Part shown: one piece after another, positions 20,671-29,510 of the stretch
How positions within the stretch are numbered: the stretch's first letter is position 1
Layout of the letters: each line of letters opens with the position of its first letter
From: an uncultured virus (IMG/VR IMGVR_UViG_3300042477_000802)
Lineage: Duplodnaviria > Heunggongvirae > Uroviricota > Caudoviricetes
Length of the DNA: 59,933 bases
IMG/VR virus record: IMGVR_UViG_3300042477_000802
Span: 62,001 to 121,933 of that record
Strand: one strand, 5' to 3'
The notes under the pieces: model-generated
What the model was told of the DNA's origin: nothing
The model's database searches: none
The model's input: the letters and a program-made list of their open reading frames with translations, nothing else
Position numbers and translations under genes: made by a program

Positions 20671-21530
20671 ACGGTCGCCTCTCTCGCAAAATGATTGTCT
20701 TCCACGTGATCTCTCAGATCCTCTACCTGTTGACTCTCAAGCTGCCTAGCAGCAATCCTAACCGGAGTTTCTACTGTCAGCACTTGAGTCAGTATAGGAT
20801 TGATAAATGTCATAGCTTCTGATATTACTTCATTGCCAATGACCGCAATACTATCAATCGCCCATTCATCAGCTAAAGCTGTCGCTCTCGGGTCTTCCTT
20901 CAGTTGAGGCAAAGACCTAAAACTCCAAGCTAACACCTGTTGAATAAAGGCTAAACCCCATTCGGTGGACATCATCTCTTCAGCGGAAATGAGCCAGCTC
21001 TTCTTCACTTTCTTAGCCTTCAAGAAGGCGAGCAAAGCGGTGCGAGCGGTTTTGGGAATAGTTTTGGCAGCGACTCGGAAAGTCCCTTGAGACAAATCTG
21101 ATTTAAGATGGTCACTAACCGAGGTTGATTGGGCCACTGCTGGCTCATCTTCTCGATGAAGTTTACCATTCAAGAATTTGGGGTCGTACATCACTGGTTG
21201 AGTAGCATCAACCTTCGGAGTAGAGGCAGAGGTAGACGCAGCTTTCTTTTTCATGGCAGCTACTTTCTTCTTCCACTCAGCTTCAGTATAAGAGATATCT
21301 TGTAGATACCACCTTTTAGTTCCAGAAATAAATTCTATGGCCGGACCATCTATTCGATGCAATTTTCTATTTAAAATCCAATACTTATTACCAGCTGTAT
21401 CTACTTCCATCACAGGAACAGTAGACTCAACCTTCTTTTTAGAAGAAGAGGTTAAGCCTTTTTTCAACGGCCTCTGGTTAGCAATCGGCTTCTTAAGAGA
21501 AGATTTTTTGGCGGCGATGGTTTTCTTCAT
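20667..21530 (-). CDS. Reduced HREDGPA-repeat protein with shared C-terminal domain
   Basis: One intact and one truncated repeat plus shared domain; start moved to MKKTIAAKK to avoid tRNA overlap. Confidence 0.82.
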   Translation of the reverse strand: MKKTIAAKKSSLKKPIANQRPLKKGLTSSSKKKVESTVPVMEVDTAGNKYWILNRKLHRIDGPAIEFISGTKRWYLQDISYTEAEWKKKVAAMKKKAASTSASTPKVDATQPVMYDPKFLNGKLHREDEPAVAQSTSVSDHLKSDLSQGTFRVAAKTIPKTARTALLAFLKAKKVKKSWLISAEEMMSTEWGLAFIQQVLAWSFRSLPQLKEDPRATALADEWAIDSIAVIGNEVISEAMTFINPILTQVLTVETPVRIAARQLESQQVEDLRDHVEDNHFAREATV

Positions 21531-21551
21531 ATTATTCGACACATGTTTAGG

Positions 21552-21624
21552 TGGGTCCAGAGAGAATCGAACTCTCAACCGACAGATTAAAAGTCTGCTG
21601 CTCTACCAATTAAGCTATGGACCC
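21552..21624 (-). tRNA. tRNA-Lys(UUU)
   Basis: GGGTCCA/TGGACCC, TAGCTTAATTGGTAGAGC, GCAGA-CTTTTAA-TCTGT, GAGAG-TTCGATT-CTCTC. Confidence 0.93.
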
Positions 21625-21798
21625 AAAACTTAAGGCTCATCTGCAAGTATGAGCCTTAAGCCATTCCTTAATGAGTCTTTTCACCCGGATCATTAAGGAA
21701 CTATCAGAATGCTACTGACTACCCTGGGTCACCTACGTTCCCACTAACAAGATAGTCACCCCCGATTAAGAATATAACATTCTGATGTAAGTTTCTAG

Positions 21799-22038
21799 TT
21801 ACGAGACCTTGGCTTCACCCACATAAGGCACGAAACCAATGTGCCCCAATCGCCCCTGGAACTTGGGATCCTCCTCCAAAGAAAAGAGATGGGCCGGAAT
21901 CTCTGCCTCCCCTCCATAAACCAATCCTCCCTTCTCCTTCCAGAAAATCCCACACACCTTCACCCGCCCGACATCCTGTCGAGGCTGAACCACCCGAGTG
22001 CTATCCATGCTGTCCTGATACATCTTACCCTTGTTCAT
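21799..22038 (-). CDS. Hypothetical protein
   Basis: CAGGAG RBS. Confidence 0.6.
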   Translation of the reverse strand: MNKGKMYQDSMDSTRVVQPRQDVGRVKVCGIFWKEKGGLVYGGEAEIPAHLFSLEEDPKFQGRLGHIGFVPYVGEAKVS

Positions 22039-22059
22039 ATTTGCTCCTGTGAATGATGG

Positions 22060-22365
22060 TTAAAGATTGAGTTCCTCGTTGATTGCTGCCCAATAGTCTG
22101 ACTCTGAATATTCTTCGTCCCTAATGAAAAATTCTCTAGTTCCATTAGGCAATTCGATGGCCGGACCATCGAATCTGTGTTTTTGACCATAATAGTACCA
22201 AATCTTGGTCCCATTAGGACATTCCATAGCCGGACCATCCAGTCTGTGAAGAAGTCCACGGCCATTACAGAGTTTATACTCGATAACTCCATCAGGCTGA
22301 ACGACACGAAAAATATCATCCGTTCCTGGCTGACTCTGAATCATAGTCAGTGAATAAATAGACAT
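22060..22365 (-). CDS. Divergent HRxDGPA-repeat protein
   Basis: HRLDGPAME and HRFDGPAIE units. Confidence 0.8.
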   Translation of the reverse strand: MSIYSLTMIQSQPGTDDIFRVVQPDGVIEYKLCNGRGLLHRLDGPAMECPNGTKIWYYYGQKHRFDGPAIELPNGTREFFIRDEEYSESDYWAAINEELNL

Positions 22366-22376
22366 CTGCTTTTTCC

Positions 22377-22793
22377 CTATGAAACCGTGGTTGGCTCCTC
22401 TTCGTCTTCGTCTTCCTCTTCGTCTTCGTCTTCATCAGCCCTGAATTCTTCTTCAAACTCGGGAAGCCATTCCAACTCTGGAAAATAGATGATGGTATCC
22501 ATCCCCATCGAATCTTGTCGAACCCGGATCTCGCAGAGATCGCTCATCAAACACTTCGTCTGATAAGAGGAGAGACCCATCGTGAATCCCAGCTGGACCA
22601 ATTGAGAGCCCAACATCACCCCCAATTCAAAAGGTCCCTCATTCGACAATACCACCCCAATGCAGTTTTTGCCATACATGCAGCGCCCAGAATAGGAACG
22701 AAGTTGAGAATACTTGCCATTCTCTTCTTCATATCCCCAATATTCCAACGCTCCATGTAACAACTGCATCATCAGTTTTGAGTTTAATCTCAT
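22377..22793 (-). CDS. Hypothetical protein with acidic tail
   Basis: RSYSGRCMYGKNCIGV...DSMG...IIYFP; poly-D/E C-terminus. Confidence 0.7.
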   Translation of the reverse strand: MRLNSKLMMQLLHGALEYWGYEEENGKYSQLRSYSGRCMYGKNCIGVVLSNEGPFELGVMLGSQLVQLGFTMGLSSYQTKCLMSDLCEIRVRQDSMGMDTIIYFPELEWLPEFEEEFRADEDEDEEEDEDEEEPTTVS

Positions 22794-22999
22794 CGGTGTC
22801 GAGTCCGAAACTTGTAAGTAAAGTGGGGCGAATCAGATAGATTCAAACGTGTCCGAAATCGGCTCTTCGGAAAAGAAGTATTATCCAATTGATAATACAG
22901 ATCATCAGAGAATTCACTGATAACCCCATCATCAGAAAATACCGTGTTGATCACTGACTCGAGAAAATTCGATTCACTCATGACACAATCCTTTTTACA

Positions 23000-23371
23000 C
23001 TAAATTTTGAATCCAGAAGACTCAAAACAATAGCCAAACACATGGTCCACCGGAACTTCCACAAAACCTTCCGAAATCAACTTATAACGCATCGCGTTGA
23101 CACCCGTTGTCAGACCCAGATGCTTCCACCCATAAGAATGAAAACAAGTCTCTTCCGGAGGATTGATCTTCAACTCCTCACTCACGTTACTGTAAAACTT
23201 GCGATGGAGCCGATACTGAACCTCTCTCCTTCGAGACACCGTCTCGTCTGACCAACAGAGATAAGCAATTCGCTCACTCATGTACTCATCTTCCGCCACA
23301 TCCTCCAGATCAGTGGTCCGAGGTATGATTCGTGATCTAACAAAGAGCGCCACCACCGTTCGCTGACTCAT
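23000..23371 (-). CDS. Hypothetical protein, paralog of 23368-23646
   Basis: Shared HSYGWK...L..GF.EV; ATGA overlap with upstream gene. Confidence 0.65.
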   Translation of the reverse strand: MSQRTVVALFVRSRIIPRTTDLEDVAEDEYMSERIAYLCWSDETVSRRREVQYRLHRKFYSNVSEELKINPPEETCFHSYGWKHLGLTTGVNAMRYKLISEGFVEVPVDHVFGYCFESSGFKI

Positions 23372-23646
23372 ACTTCCGTAAAACCTTGCGCCAGCAACTC
23401 CGTTCTCACTGCCTCCAAACTGACTCCCACCCGATCCTCTTTCCACCCATAACTGTGACTCACCGGTTCCTTTTCCCCCAAATTCTCATTCGGCGCAAAT
23501 CGGACATCTCGCTTCCGTAGTAAACGATTATCCGACATGTAGGCGTAAGTGGTCCGAGCCCAGACCACTTGGTTATTGAGACCAGAATGGTATTCTTTGG
23601 AAAAGCGAGCCAGTTCTTGGCGATTCCGAGCGGAAAGCTTAGCCAT
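23368..23646 (-). CDS. Hypothetical protein
   Basis: HSYGWK motif; coupled start/stop. Confidence 0.65.
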   Translation of the reverse strand: MAKLSARNRQELARFSKEYHSGLNNQVVWARTTYAYMSDNRLLRKRDVRFAPNENLGEKEPVSHSYGWKEDRVGVSLEAVRTELLAQGFTEV

Positions 23647-23826
23647 TACTCACACCTGGGTCCGGGTCGATGCTTGCCTCGACCATAACAAGTGCAGTAC
23701 TCTTCGGGACGAATGACCAGATTCTTGGGCTCCCAGTCGGAATCCCAATCCTCCGATTGACGACGCTTTCGCTTCTCGAAACGTTGACGACGAAATTCTT
23801 TCTCGGAAAACTCTTCTCGAAATGAC

Positions 23827-24036
23827 TTACCCATGATGACCCGTATCTGGTCGCACATCCGCTAACGGATAGCGCACCTCTTGAAATTGATAGGTTCCAG
23901 TTTGAGGCGAGACAATGGCACAATTGCCATCTTGGCGCACCCATTGGTAACCTGACACCCAACTGCGATACACACCACTTTCACTACTAGCCCAGACTTT
24001 ATTAACCTGAACTGGATCCCCAGGAAATATATTCAT
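23827..24036 (-). CDS. Small hypothetical protein
   Basis: AAGGAG RBS immediately after hammerhead. Confidence 0.65.
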   Translation of the reverse strand: MNIFPGDPVQVNKVWASSESGVYRSWVSGYQWVRQDGNCAIVSPQTGTYQFQEVRYPLADVRPDTGHHG

Positions 24037-24048
24037 CCCTTACTCCTT

Positions 24049-24123
24049 GGACTCATCAGCAACCGCTTCACGGTTGGACCCGCTCTGACCAGGAATGGTG
24101 GCCAGTCAGAACGGGTTTCGTCC
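24049..24123 (-). ncRNA. Type II hammerhead ribozyme 1
   Basis: GGAC-GAAA-CCCG..CGGG-TC/CAACCG-TGAAG-CGGTTG-CTGATGA-GTCC; predicted GUC cleavage between 24077 and 24076. Confidence 0.9.
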
Positions 24124-24159
24124 TGGTATATGGTAACCTACCAGACCGAACCGGGCAGA

Positions 24160-25575
24160 TTATGCAACTGCCCGCTTGGCGCTTGTTTCTTCTTCCGTCT
24201 CCTCCAGATTCTCCTGAGAAACAGAAACTACTCGAATGTTTTGAGGAGCAGGAAGCTCCATCACTTGAGCGATAATAGGAGACAAAACTGCCATCCCCTC
24301 ATTAATCACTTCATTTCCTACCACTGCCAAAGAATCAATCGCCCATTCATTGGCTAACGCTTGCGCACGTACATCTTCCCGCAATGAGGGAAGATAACGA
24401 AAAGCCCACGCCAAAGCTTGTTGAATCATGGCTAACCCATACTCGGTGGCCATCACTTCCTGAGCCGTCACCAACCAATGCTTGGGTGCCTTCTTGGCTT
24501 TCAAGAAAGCCAACAGGGCCGTGCGAGCGGTTTTGGGAATGGTCTTAGCCGCGACTCGGAAAGTCCCTTGAGACAGATCCGACTTGATATGATCCATCAT
24601 CGAGGGAGATGTCGTCACCTTGGGAGGAGAAGTAGATTCGGCTTTCTTCTTCATGGCCGCAACTTTTTGTTGCCACTCGGTTTGAGTGAGTATCTCTCCG
24701 TGAATCCACCAAACTTTAGTTCCATTAGCATATTCTAATGCTGGACCATCTTCTCGATGACATTTGTCATGTAAATACCAAAATTTATCTCCATTAGTAT
24801 ATTCTACTGCTGGACCATCTTCTCGATGGAACTGACCATTCAACTTCCAGATCTTAGTTCCATATTTATCTACTTCCATCACCGGTTGAGTAGACTCAAC
24901 CTTGGGAGCAGGAGTTGAAGTAGAGGCTGCTTTCTTCTTCATGGCCGCAACTTTTTGTTGCCACTCGGTTGGAGTGAGTATTTCTCCGTGAAGAACCCAA
25001 TCTTTACGACCATGAGGCCATTCTACCGCTGGTCCATCTTCTCGATGGTTTTTTCCATGAAGCCACCACTCTTTACTTCCATCAGCCCTTTCTATTGCTG
25101 GACCATCCGGTCGATGGAGTTGACCGTGAAGATACCACCATTTATCTCCATTAGGCCATTCTATGGCCGGGCCATCTTCTCGATGCCGTTGGCCATGAAC
25201 CCACCATTCTTTGTGGCCATCAGCATAAACTACTGCTGGTCCATCTTCTCGATGGAATTGACCGTTCAACTTCCATCGCTTAGTTCCATCTTTATCTACT
25301 TCCATCACGGGTTGAGTAGCATCAACCTTCGGAGTTGAAACAGAAGTAGAGACGGCTTTCTTCTTCATGGCAGCGACTTTCTTCTTCCACCCGGCTTGAG
25401 TGTATTTTTTATCATGAAGCCACCATTGTTTATCTCCATCAGCATATTCTACCGCTGGACCATCTTCTCGATGCCATTGACCATTCAACTTCCAAAATTT
25501 ATTACCATCTGTATCTACTTCCATCACTGGCTGAGTAGAGACAGCTTTTTTCTTCCGCTGGATGTCGTTGGTCAT
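24160..25575 (-). CDS. HREDGPA-repeat protein with shared C-terminal domain
   Basis: Three repeat blocks plus shared domain; likely start MTNDIQ (track start 25677). Confidence 0.85.
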   Translation of the reverse strand: MTNDIQRKKKAVSTQPVMEVDTDGNKFWKLNGQWHREDGPAVEYADGDKQWWLHDKKYTQAGWKKKVAAMKKKAVSTSVSTPKVDATQPVMEVDKDGTKRWKLNGQFHREDGPAVVYADGHKEWWVHGQRHREDGPAIEWPNGDKWWYLHGQLHRPDGPAIERADGSKEWWLHGKNHREDGPAVEWPHGRKDWVLHGEILTPTEWQQKVAAMKKKAASTSTPAPKVESTQPVMEVDKYGTKIWKLNGQFHREDGPAVEYTNGDKFWYLHDKCHREDGPALEYANGTKVWWIHGEILTQTEWQQKVAAMKKKAESTSPPKVTTSPSMMDHIKSDLSQGTFRVAAKTIPKTARTALLAFLKAKKAPKHWLVTAQEVMATEYGLAMIQQALAWAFRYLPSLREDVRAQALANEWAIDSLAVVGNEVINEGMAVLSPIIAQVMELPAPQNIRVVSVSQENLEETEEETSAKRAVA

Positions 25576-25899
25576 GATCACACCAAAAGTTTGGAACCTA
25601 GTGCAGCCGGGGATCTGCGTCTCCTGGCCAAGAGCATAGGATAGAGAGGTGAAGAGAAATAAATGATATCCAATCAAATCATGTCACCATGATTTAATAC
25701 TATCACTCATGATCGTAAGTGTAACTAAATAGTTTCCCATTAAATTACACCCTCGATCATAGCTTTAGCTTCTTCCAGAGGGAGTCAGACGTGTGCCCAC
25801 GCTGAATTCTCTCCACACCAGAATAACCAAAGTATCTCGCTTCAACCTGGTGCACGGATCTGCACCAGGTTCCAAAATGGCGGCTCGTTGCCAAGCCAG

Positions 25900-25967
25900 T
25901 GGAATGAAGAAGATTCGCACTTCTTTCGCTAAATAGCTTCTCAGTGGCGCAGTAACACGCCCATTCC
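25900..25967 (-). ncRNA. tRNA-like RNA, family B copy 2
   Basis: GGAATGG/TCATTCC-A, same T-arm as 20249-20321, compensatory changes. Confidence 0.6.
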
Positions 25968-25981
25968 ATGGACCCAACTGT

Positions 25982-26266
25982 CTAACACAGTGTGGCTCGA
26001 AAAGTCAAACGAAACTGAAAGATTCCAGAAAAGACCACTTTCCCCTCGAGATAGCGGAACACATGCATCTCCACCGGAGAATCTGTCGACAACTTCTCCA
26101 CCAACACCGATCGACAATGACCACTGCGTAACAGCTTATGCATGGCATGATCTGCCAATGTCTCCGCTCCACAATCCCAGATGGCAAAAAAGTCAGCATG
26201 CGTTACTTGGTAACTCCACAATAACGCATTGCCTTCTAGATGACACTTCCAGACATCATCCTGCAT
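25982..26266 (-). CDS. Hypothetical protein
   Basis: GGAG RBS, in operon. Confidence 0.55.
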   Translation of the reverse strand: MQDDVWKCHLEGNALLWSYQVTHADFFAIWDCGAETLADHAMHKLLRSGHCRSVLVEKLSTDSPVEMHVFRYLEGKVVFSGIFQFRLTFRATLC

Positions 26267-26286
26267 GTGCTCGCTCCCATAAGTTT

Positions 26287-26616
26287 TTACCCAGGCCCTG
26301 ATAGGTGTCTCTCGGACAGATTCTTATGCTGTCGTGCATAATCCAACAGATCCGCCATATCCATCAAGACACCAGCGATCAGCCGAAGTTGACGAGTAGT
26401 GTACCACCCATATTGACCGAAATAAATTTTCAGTCCAACCTTATCTGGATCCACCTCCATCAGTTTTGGATCTAGATAAAAATCCTCAATGGCTGGTTTA
26501 TCTTTGTTCGATAAAACTCCCACTTCTTGTAGACCCGAGATCATGCCTCTCAGTCGGCGAACTAACTCTTCGTATTTTGCTTCCCCAGAAAAACTCTGAC
26601 GCTTCCGCTTATTCAC
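26287..26616 (-). CDS. Hypothetical protein
   Basis: GTG start overlapping upstream TGA. Confidence 0.55.
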   Translation of the reverse strand: MNKRKRQSFSGEAKYEELVRRLRGMISGLQEVGVLSNKDKPAIEDFYLDPKLMEVDPDKVGLKIYFGQYGWYTTRQLRLIAGVLMDMADLLDYARQHKNLSERHLSGPG

Positions 26617-26870
26617 AGATCCTCCGGCATCGGAATGCCATGCTCTTCCAAGAGGTTCTTGAGTTTGATGAAACGCATCTGCCATTCATAGGCATTGTGC
26701 CGCCATTCATTCCGATTGACAATCGCTTCATTCCTCTCCTGACGATAGGTATCAGCAATATTTTGCAGCGCCTCGATTAATCGAGCATTATCCTCCGCCA
26801 GCTTCTGCGCCGACTTCTTGACGTTTGCCTTCTTCTTAGCTGCCGGTTTTCGTGTCGACTTGATTTTCAT
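26613..26870 (-). CDS. Coiled-coil protein, paralog of 27097-27387
   Basis: IADTYRQERNEAI...EWQ...LEEHGIPMPED vs IAETYRHERDAAI...DWQ...LEKHGLPIPED. Confidence 0.75.
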   Translation of the reverse strand: MKIKSTRKPAAKKKANVKKSAQKLAEDNARLIEALQNIADTYRQERNEAIVNRNEWRHNAYEWQMRFIKLKNLLEEHGIPMPEDL

Positions 26871-26877
26871 GATTTTT

Positions 26878-26920
26878 AGGCAAGGACACCCACAGCCTCG
26901 TGCTGCGGGAGGAATTGCCT
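26878..26920. mobile_element. IS200/IS605-like end hairpin remnant
   Basis: AGGCAAGGACACCCACAGC..GCTGCGGGAGGAATTGCCT resembles GGCAAGGAA.CCC..GGGAGGAATTGCC end palindromes recalled for this family; no transposase nearby. Confidence 0.4.
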
Positions 26921-27096
26921 CTCCTTTTTAAGTGAAACTTCTATATTAGGTGATATAAATATTATCACAAGTCATATCGATTAATACTCGATACTAGACT
27001 TAGTAGATTCAACCTAATCTTAGAGTTGAATGTTAACTTAACTATATGTTAGTTAACAGGGCTGAAGTCAATCAGCCTATTGTAGGAGTAGAGATA

Positions 27097-27387
27097 CTAC
27101 TTACAAGCCGCCAGCCTTGTGCTGGTGGTAATTGACACATCTTCTGGGATTGGAAGTCCATGTTTCTCTAACTCTGTCTGGAGTCGAAGACAACGCGACT
27201 GCCAGTCCAAAGCTGACGCATTCCAAGCATCTCGACTGGCTCGCAGAGTTTCCCGCTCTCGAATCGCCGCATCGCGCTCGTGTCGATAGGTCTCCGCAAT
27301 CTGTTGCCAAGTCTTAGACATATCACTCTTCTCCGTGGCAGCACTCACCTGAGACTGGAGTCGATGGAGAATCGAATGGATCAACAT
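27097..27387 (-). CDS. Coiled-coil protein, paralog of 26613-26870
   Basis: Shared motif as above. Confidence 0.72.
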   Translation of the reverse strand: MLIHSILHRLQSQVSAATEKSDMSKTWQQIAETYRHERDAAIRERETLRASRDAWNASALDWQSRCLRLQTELEKHGLPIPEDVSITTSTRLAACK

Positions 27388-27801
27388 TTACACTCGCTCG
27401 ATTCGTTGGTAATCGACATCTAATGAATAATTTCCATTACCCTCCCCCAACCAACGAACCGTCACACTCCCCTTCTCCGTCCCAAACTTGTAGAAAGTCC
27501 AATTACTGCCATTATCAGGATCCGACAGCTCTACTTCCAACTCATTCTCATCTACATCTGATGAGACCTCTTCTGCTTGCAGCAGCGGAGATCCAACTAA
27601 ATCAGACAAGTCTCCACAGATGTCTTGAATCCACACCCCCTCACAACAATCTTGTTCATGGTAGAAACGATATTGTGTTCCATTTTCGTCCACAAAGTTC
27701 ATCTCGAGATGATACTCCTTTCCATCCATGCCGATGGCACGGACGGTCTCCACCGAGACCATCACTTGACCCAACATGTCAGAAAACTGTCGCAGACTCA
27801 T
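27388..27801 (-). CDS. Conserved phage protein (HxQDCCE / WTFYK family)
   Basis: YHEQDCCEGVWIQDICGDLSDLVGSPL...WTFYKFGT..G.VTVRWLG.GNGNYS. Confidence 0.75.
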   Translation of the reverse strand: MSLRQFSDMLGQVMVSVETVRAIGMDGKEYHLEMNFVDENGTQYRFYHEQDCCEGVWIQDICGDLSDLVGSPLLQAEEVSSDVDENELEVELSDPDNGSNWTFYKFGTEKGSVTVRWLGEGNGNYSLDVDYQRIERV

Positions 27802-27821
27802 GCGTCTCTCCTTCAGAAGTT

Positions 27822-28015
27822 AGACACTTAAATGATGAGGTGAAGAATCATGGTGAGCTGGCTCTTAATTAGGTTTTGATTGATTCGGTAGTATGAATGG
27901 ACGCTACTTCCTAGATTACTCTAGGGCTCACCCGTAGCACCAAGCAACCTACTAGACAACCACGGTCTCTACTAAGCTAGAGATGCCTGACCTTCACCCC
28001 ATCATTTAAGTGTCT
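27822..28015 (-). ncRNA. Candidate ~194-nt structured RNA
   Basis: 24-bp closing stem (27822-27845 with 27992-28015, one G.U on minus strand), internal hairpins, GGTGAGC/GCTCACC complement. Confidence 0.55.
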
Positions 28016-28116
28016 TAATCCAGACACCACAAGAACACACGCGTCAGTACCAGACTGACCAGGACCAATACCAGCGGTACCACTACTACTTCCACCCGTG
28101 AGAGCTTCTCTTTCAT
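28015..28116 (-). CDS. 33-aa hydrophobic peptide
   Basis: MKEKLSRVEVVVVPLVLVLVSLVLTRVFLWCLD, GAGG RBS; similar to 35268-35369. Confidence 0.6.
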   Translation of the reverse strand: MKEKLSRVEVVVVPLVLVLVSLVLTRVFLWCLD

Positions 28117-28126
28117 CGAGCGCCTC

Positions 28127-28438
28127 TTACCTCTTTTTATTCCGAGCAGAAAAGCCCGATGCAAAAGTCATTGACAGCAAATGATCTTTTCCAGCCACAT
28201 TCAACACCACTCCAGTCTGTCGATTCACCTTCGAGGTTTCCAGTTGCTGAGTCAGGAAATCTAACAACTCACCCACCGTCAAGTGGGGATGCAATGGCCT
28301 CTTAACAAGAGTTGTGGAGAGCGGATACTCTGTTCCATCCACATTCAACACCATCCTTGTCTGTCGATCCACTTGAGAAGATTCCAGCAACTGAGTCAGG
28401 AAATCTAACAACTGACCCACTTTTAATTCTAAAGACAT
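28127..28438 (-). CDS. Protein with internal tandem duplication
   Basis: L.VG.LLDFLTQ.LE.S.V.RQT..VLNV.G twice; start MSLELK after AGAGGT RBS (the longer track ORF spans the ribozyme). Confidence 0.7.
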   Translation of the reverse strand: MSLELKVGQLLDFLTQLLESSQVDRQTRMVLNVDGTEYPLSTTLVKRPLHPHLTVGELLDFLTQQLETSKVNRQTGVVLNVAGKDHLLSMTFASGFSARNKKR

Positions 28439-28453
28439 CTTATTACCTCTTTT

Positions 28454-28528
28454 GGACTCATCAGCAACCGTCTCACGGTTGGACCTGCCTCCACGGGGAA
28501 TGGTGGACCCAGAAGACAGGTTTCGTCC
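28454..28528 (-). ncRNA. Type II hammerhead ribozyme 2
   Basis: Same core; stem III CCTG/CAGG covaries with copy 1; cleavage between 28482 and 28481. Confidence 0.9.
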
Positions 28529-28571
28529 TGGTATATGGTCACCTACCAAGTCGAACAGGTAAGCTTTACTC

Positions 28572-29375
28572 CTACAGGTAGGTGCAAGTAGGAGGAGTAT
28601 CTTTATGAGGATCGGCAAAGAAGAAGTCATAAGCTCGCGCCCATTCCTCTTCGGAAACCGGCCAACCCACGGTGGATTCCAACCAATATTGGATGTAACC
28701 CAAAGAAGCATACAGCTTCATGTGACACGCTTTGTCATGCACAGTTAGGTGTGAATTCATGTCGAAACCTCCGGAGCATCAAGATAGATGCACCAAGATT
28801 TATTGTCTGGAGTCAATCCCGCAAATCGCAGTGGTTGCGAACCCACCGCACACGGCTTGCGCATCATGGGAGGAGAGGCCACCAGAGATTGAGACCGAAG
28901 TTCTGATTCAATCTCGTGAGACCAGGAACATCGTTGAGGGAAACCCGTCAGAAGAGACTGACTAATGAGTCTCTCTACTTGAGATTTGACTTCCATCTCA
29001 CACGCGCCTCCGTCAGGTTTTACGTCTGAACAAGTGTTTCCAATGAATGCGCAAAGTGCACTCCTCTTCAGGGAGACGATCTACTCTGAAACCTTGTTTT
29101 CGTAGCTCTTCCACCACCAAATTCACTGCCATGTCAGTGGGAACTTCGAGGGAAGTTACCTTGAAGAAATTCGTGTTAACTTCGAGGAAATCGAGCACGA
29201 AGAAATTCAACAGTGCGTCTTCGCTCGTCACCATGTCAAAAATTCCAACATCAGTGGCAGGCTTCAAAAACTTAAGAATTCGCTCTGGAGTCATGCCTGC
29301 GTTCACCTGTTGCTGAAGATTGTGTCGATTGTTAATCGACAGACTAAAAGCCCGTTCTGCTGCCGTTTGCGTCAT
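28572..29375 (-). CDS. Three small hypothetical genes (28572-28760, 28757-28996, 29013-29375)
   Basis: Packed minus-strand ORFs between two hammerheads. Confidence 0.55.
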
Positions 29376-29398
29376 ACTTGGTGACCCTCTGAAACTTT

Positions 29399-29474
29399 GG
29401 ACTCATCAGCAACCGTCTCACGGTTGGACTTACCTCCACGGGGAATGGTGAACCCATGAAGGTAAGTTTCGTCC
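29399..29474 (-). ncRNA. Type II hammerhead ribozyme 3
   Basis: Same core; stem III CTTACC/GGTAAG; cleavage between 29427 and 29426. Confidence 0.9.
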
Positions 29475-29510
29475 TGGCATATGGTAACCTACCAGTCCGA
29501 ACCGAGCAGA

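Noticed and set aside
25900..25967. Hammerhead reading of CTGAGAA...GAAA in tRNA-like family B
   Set aside because: The core is not CUGANGA, stem I cannot form adjacent to it, and the other copy lacks CUGA.
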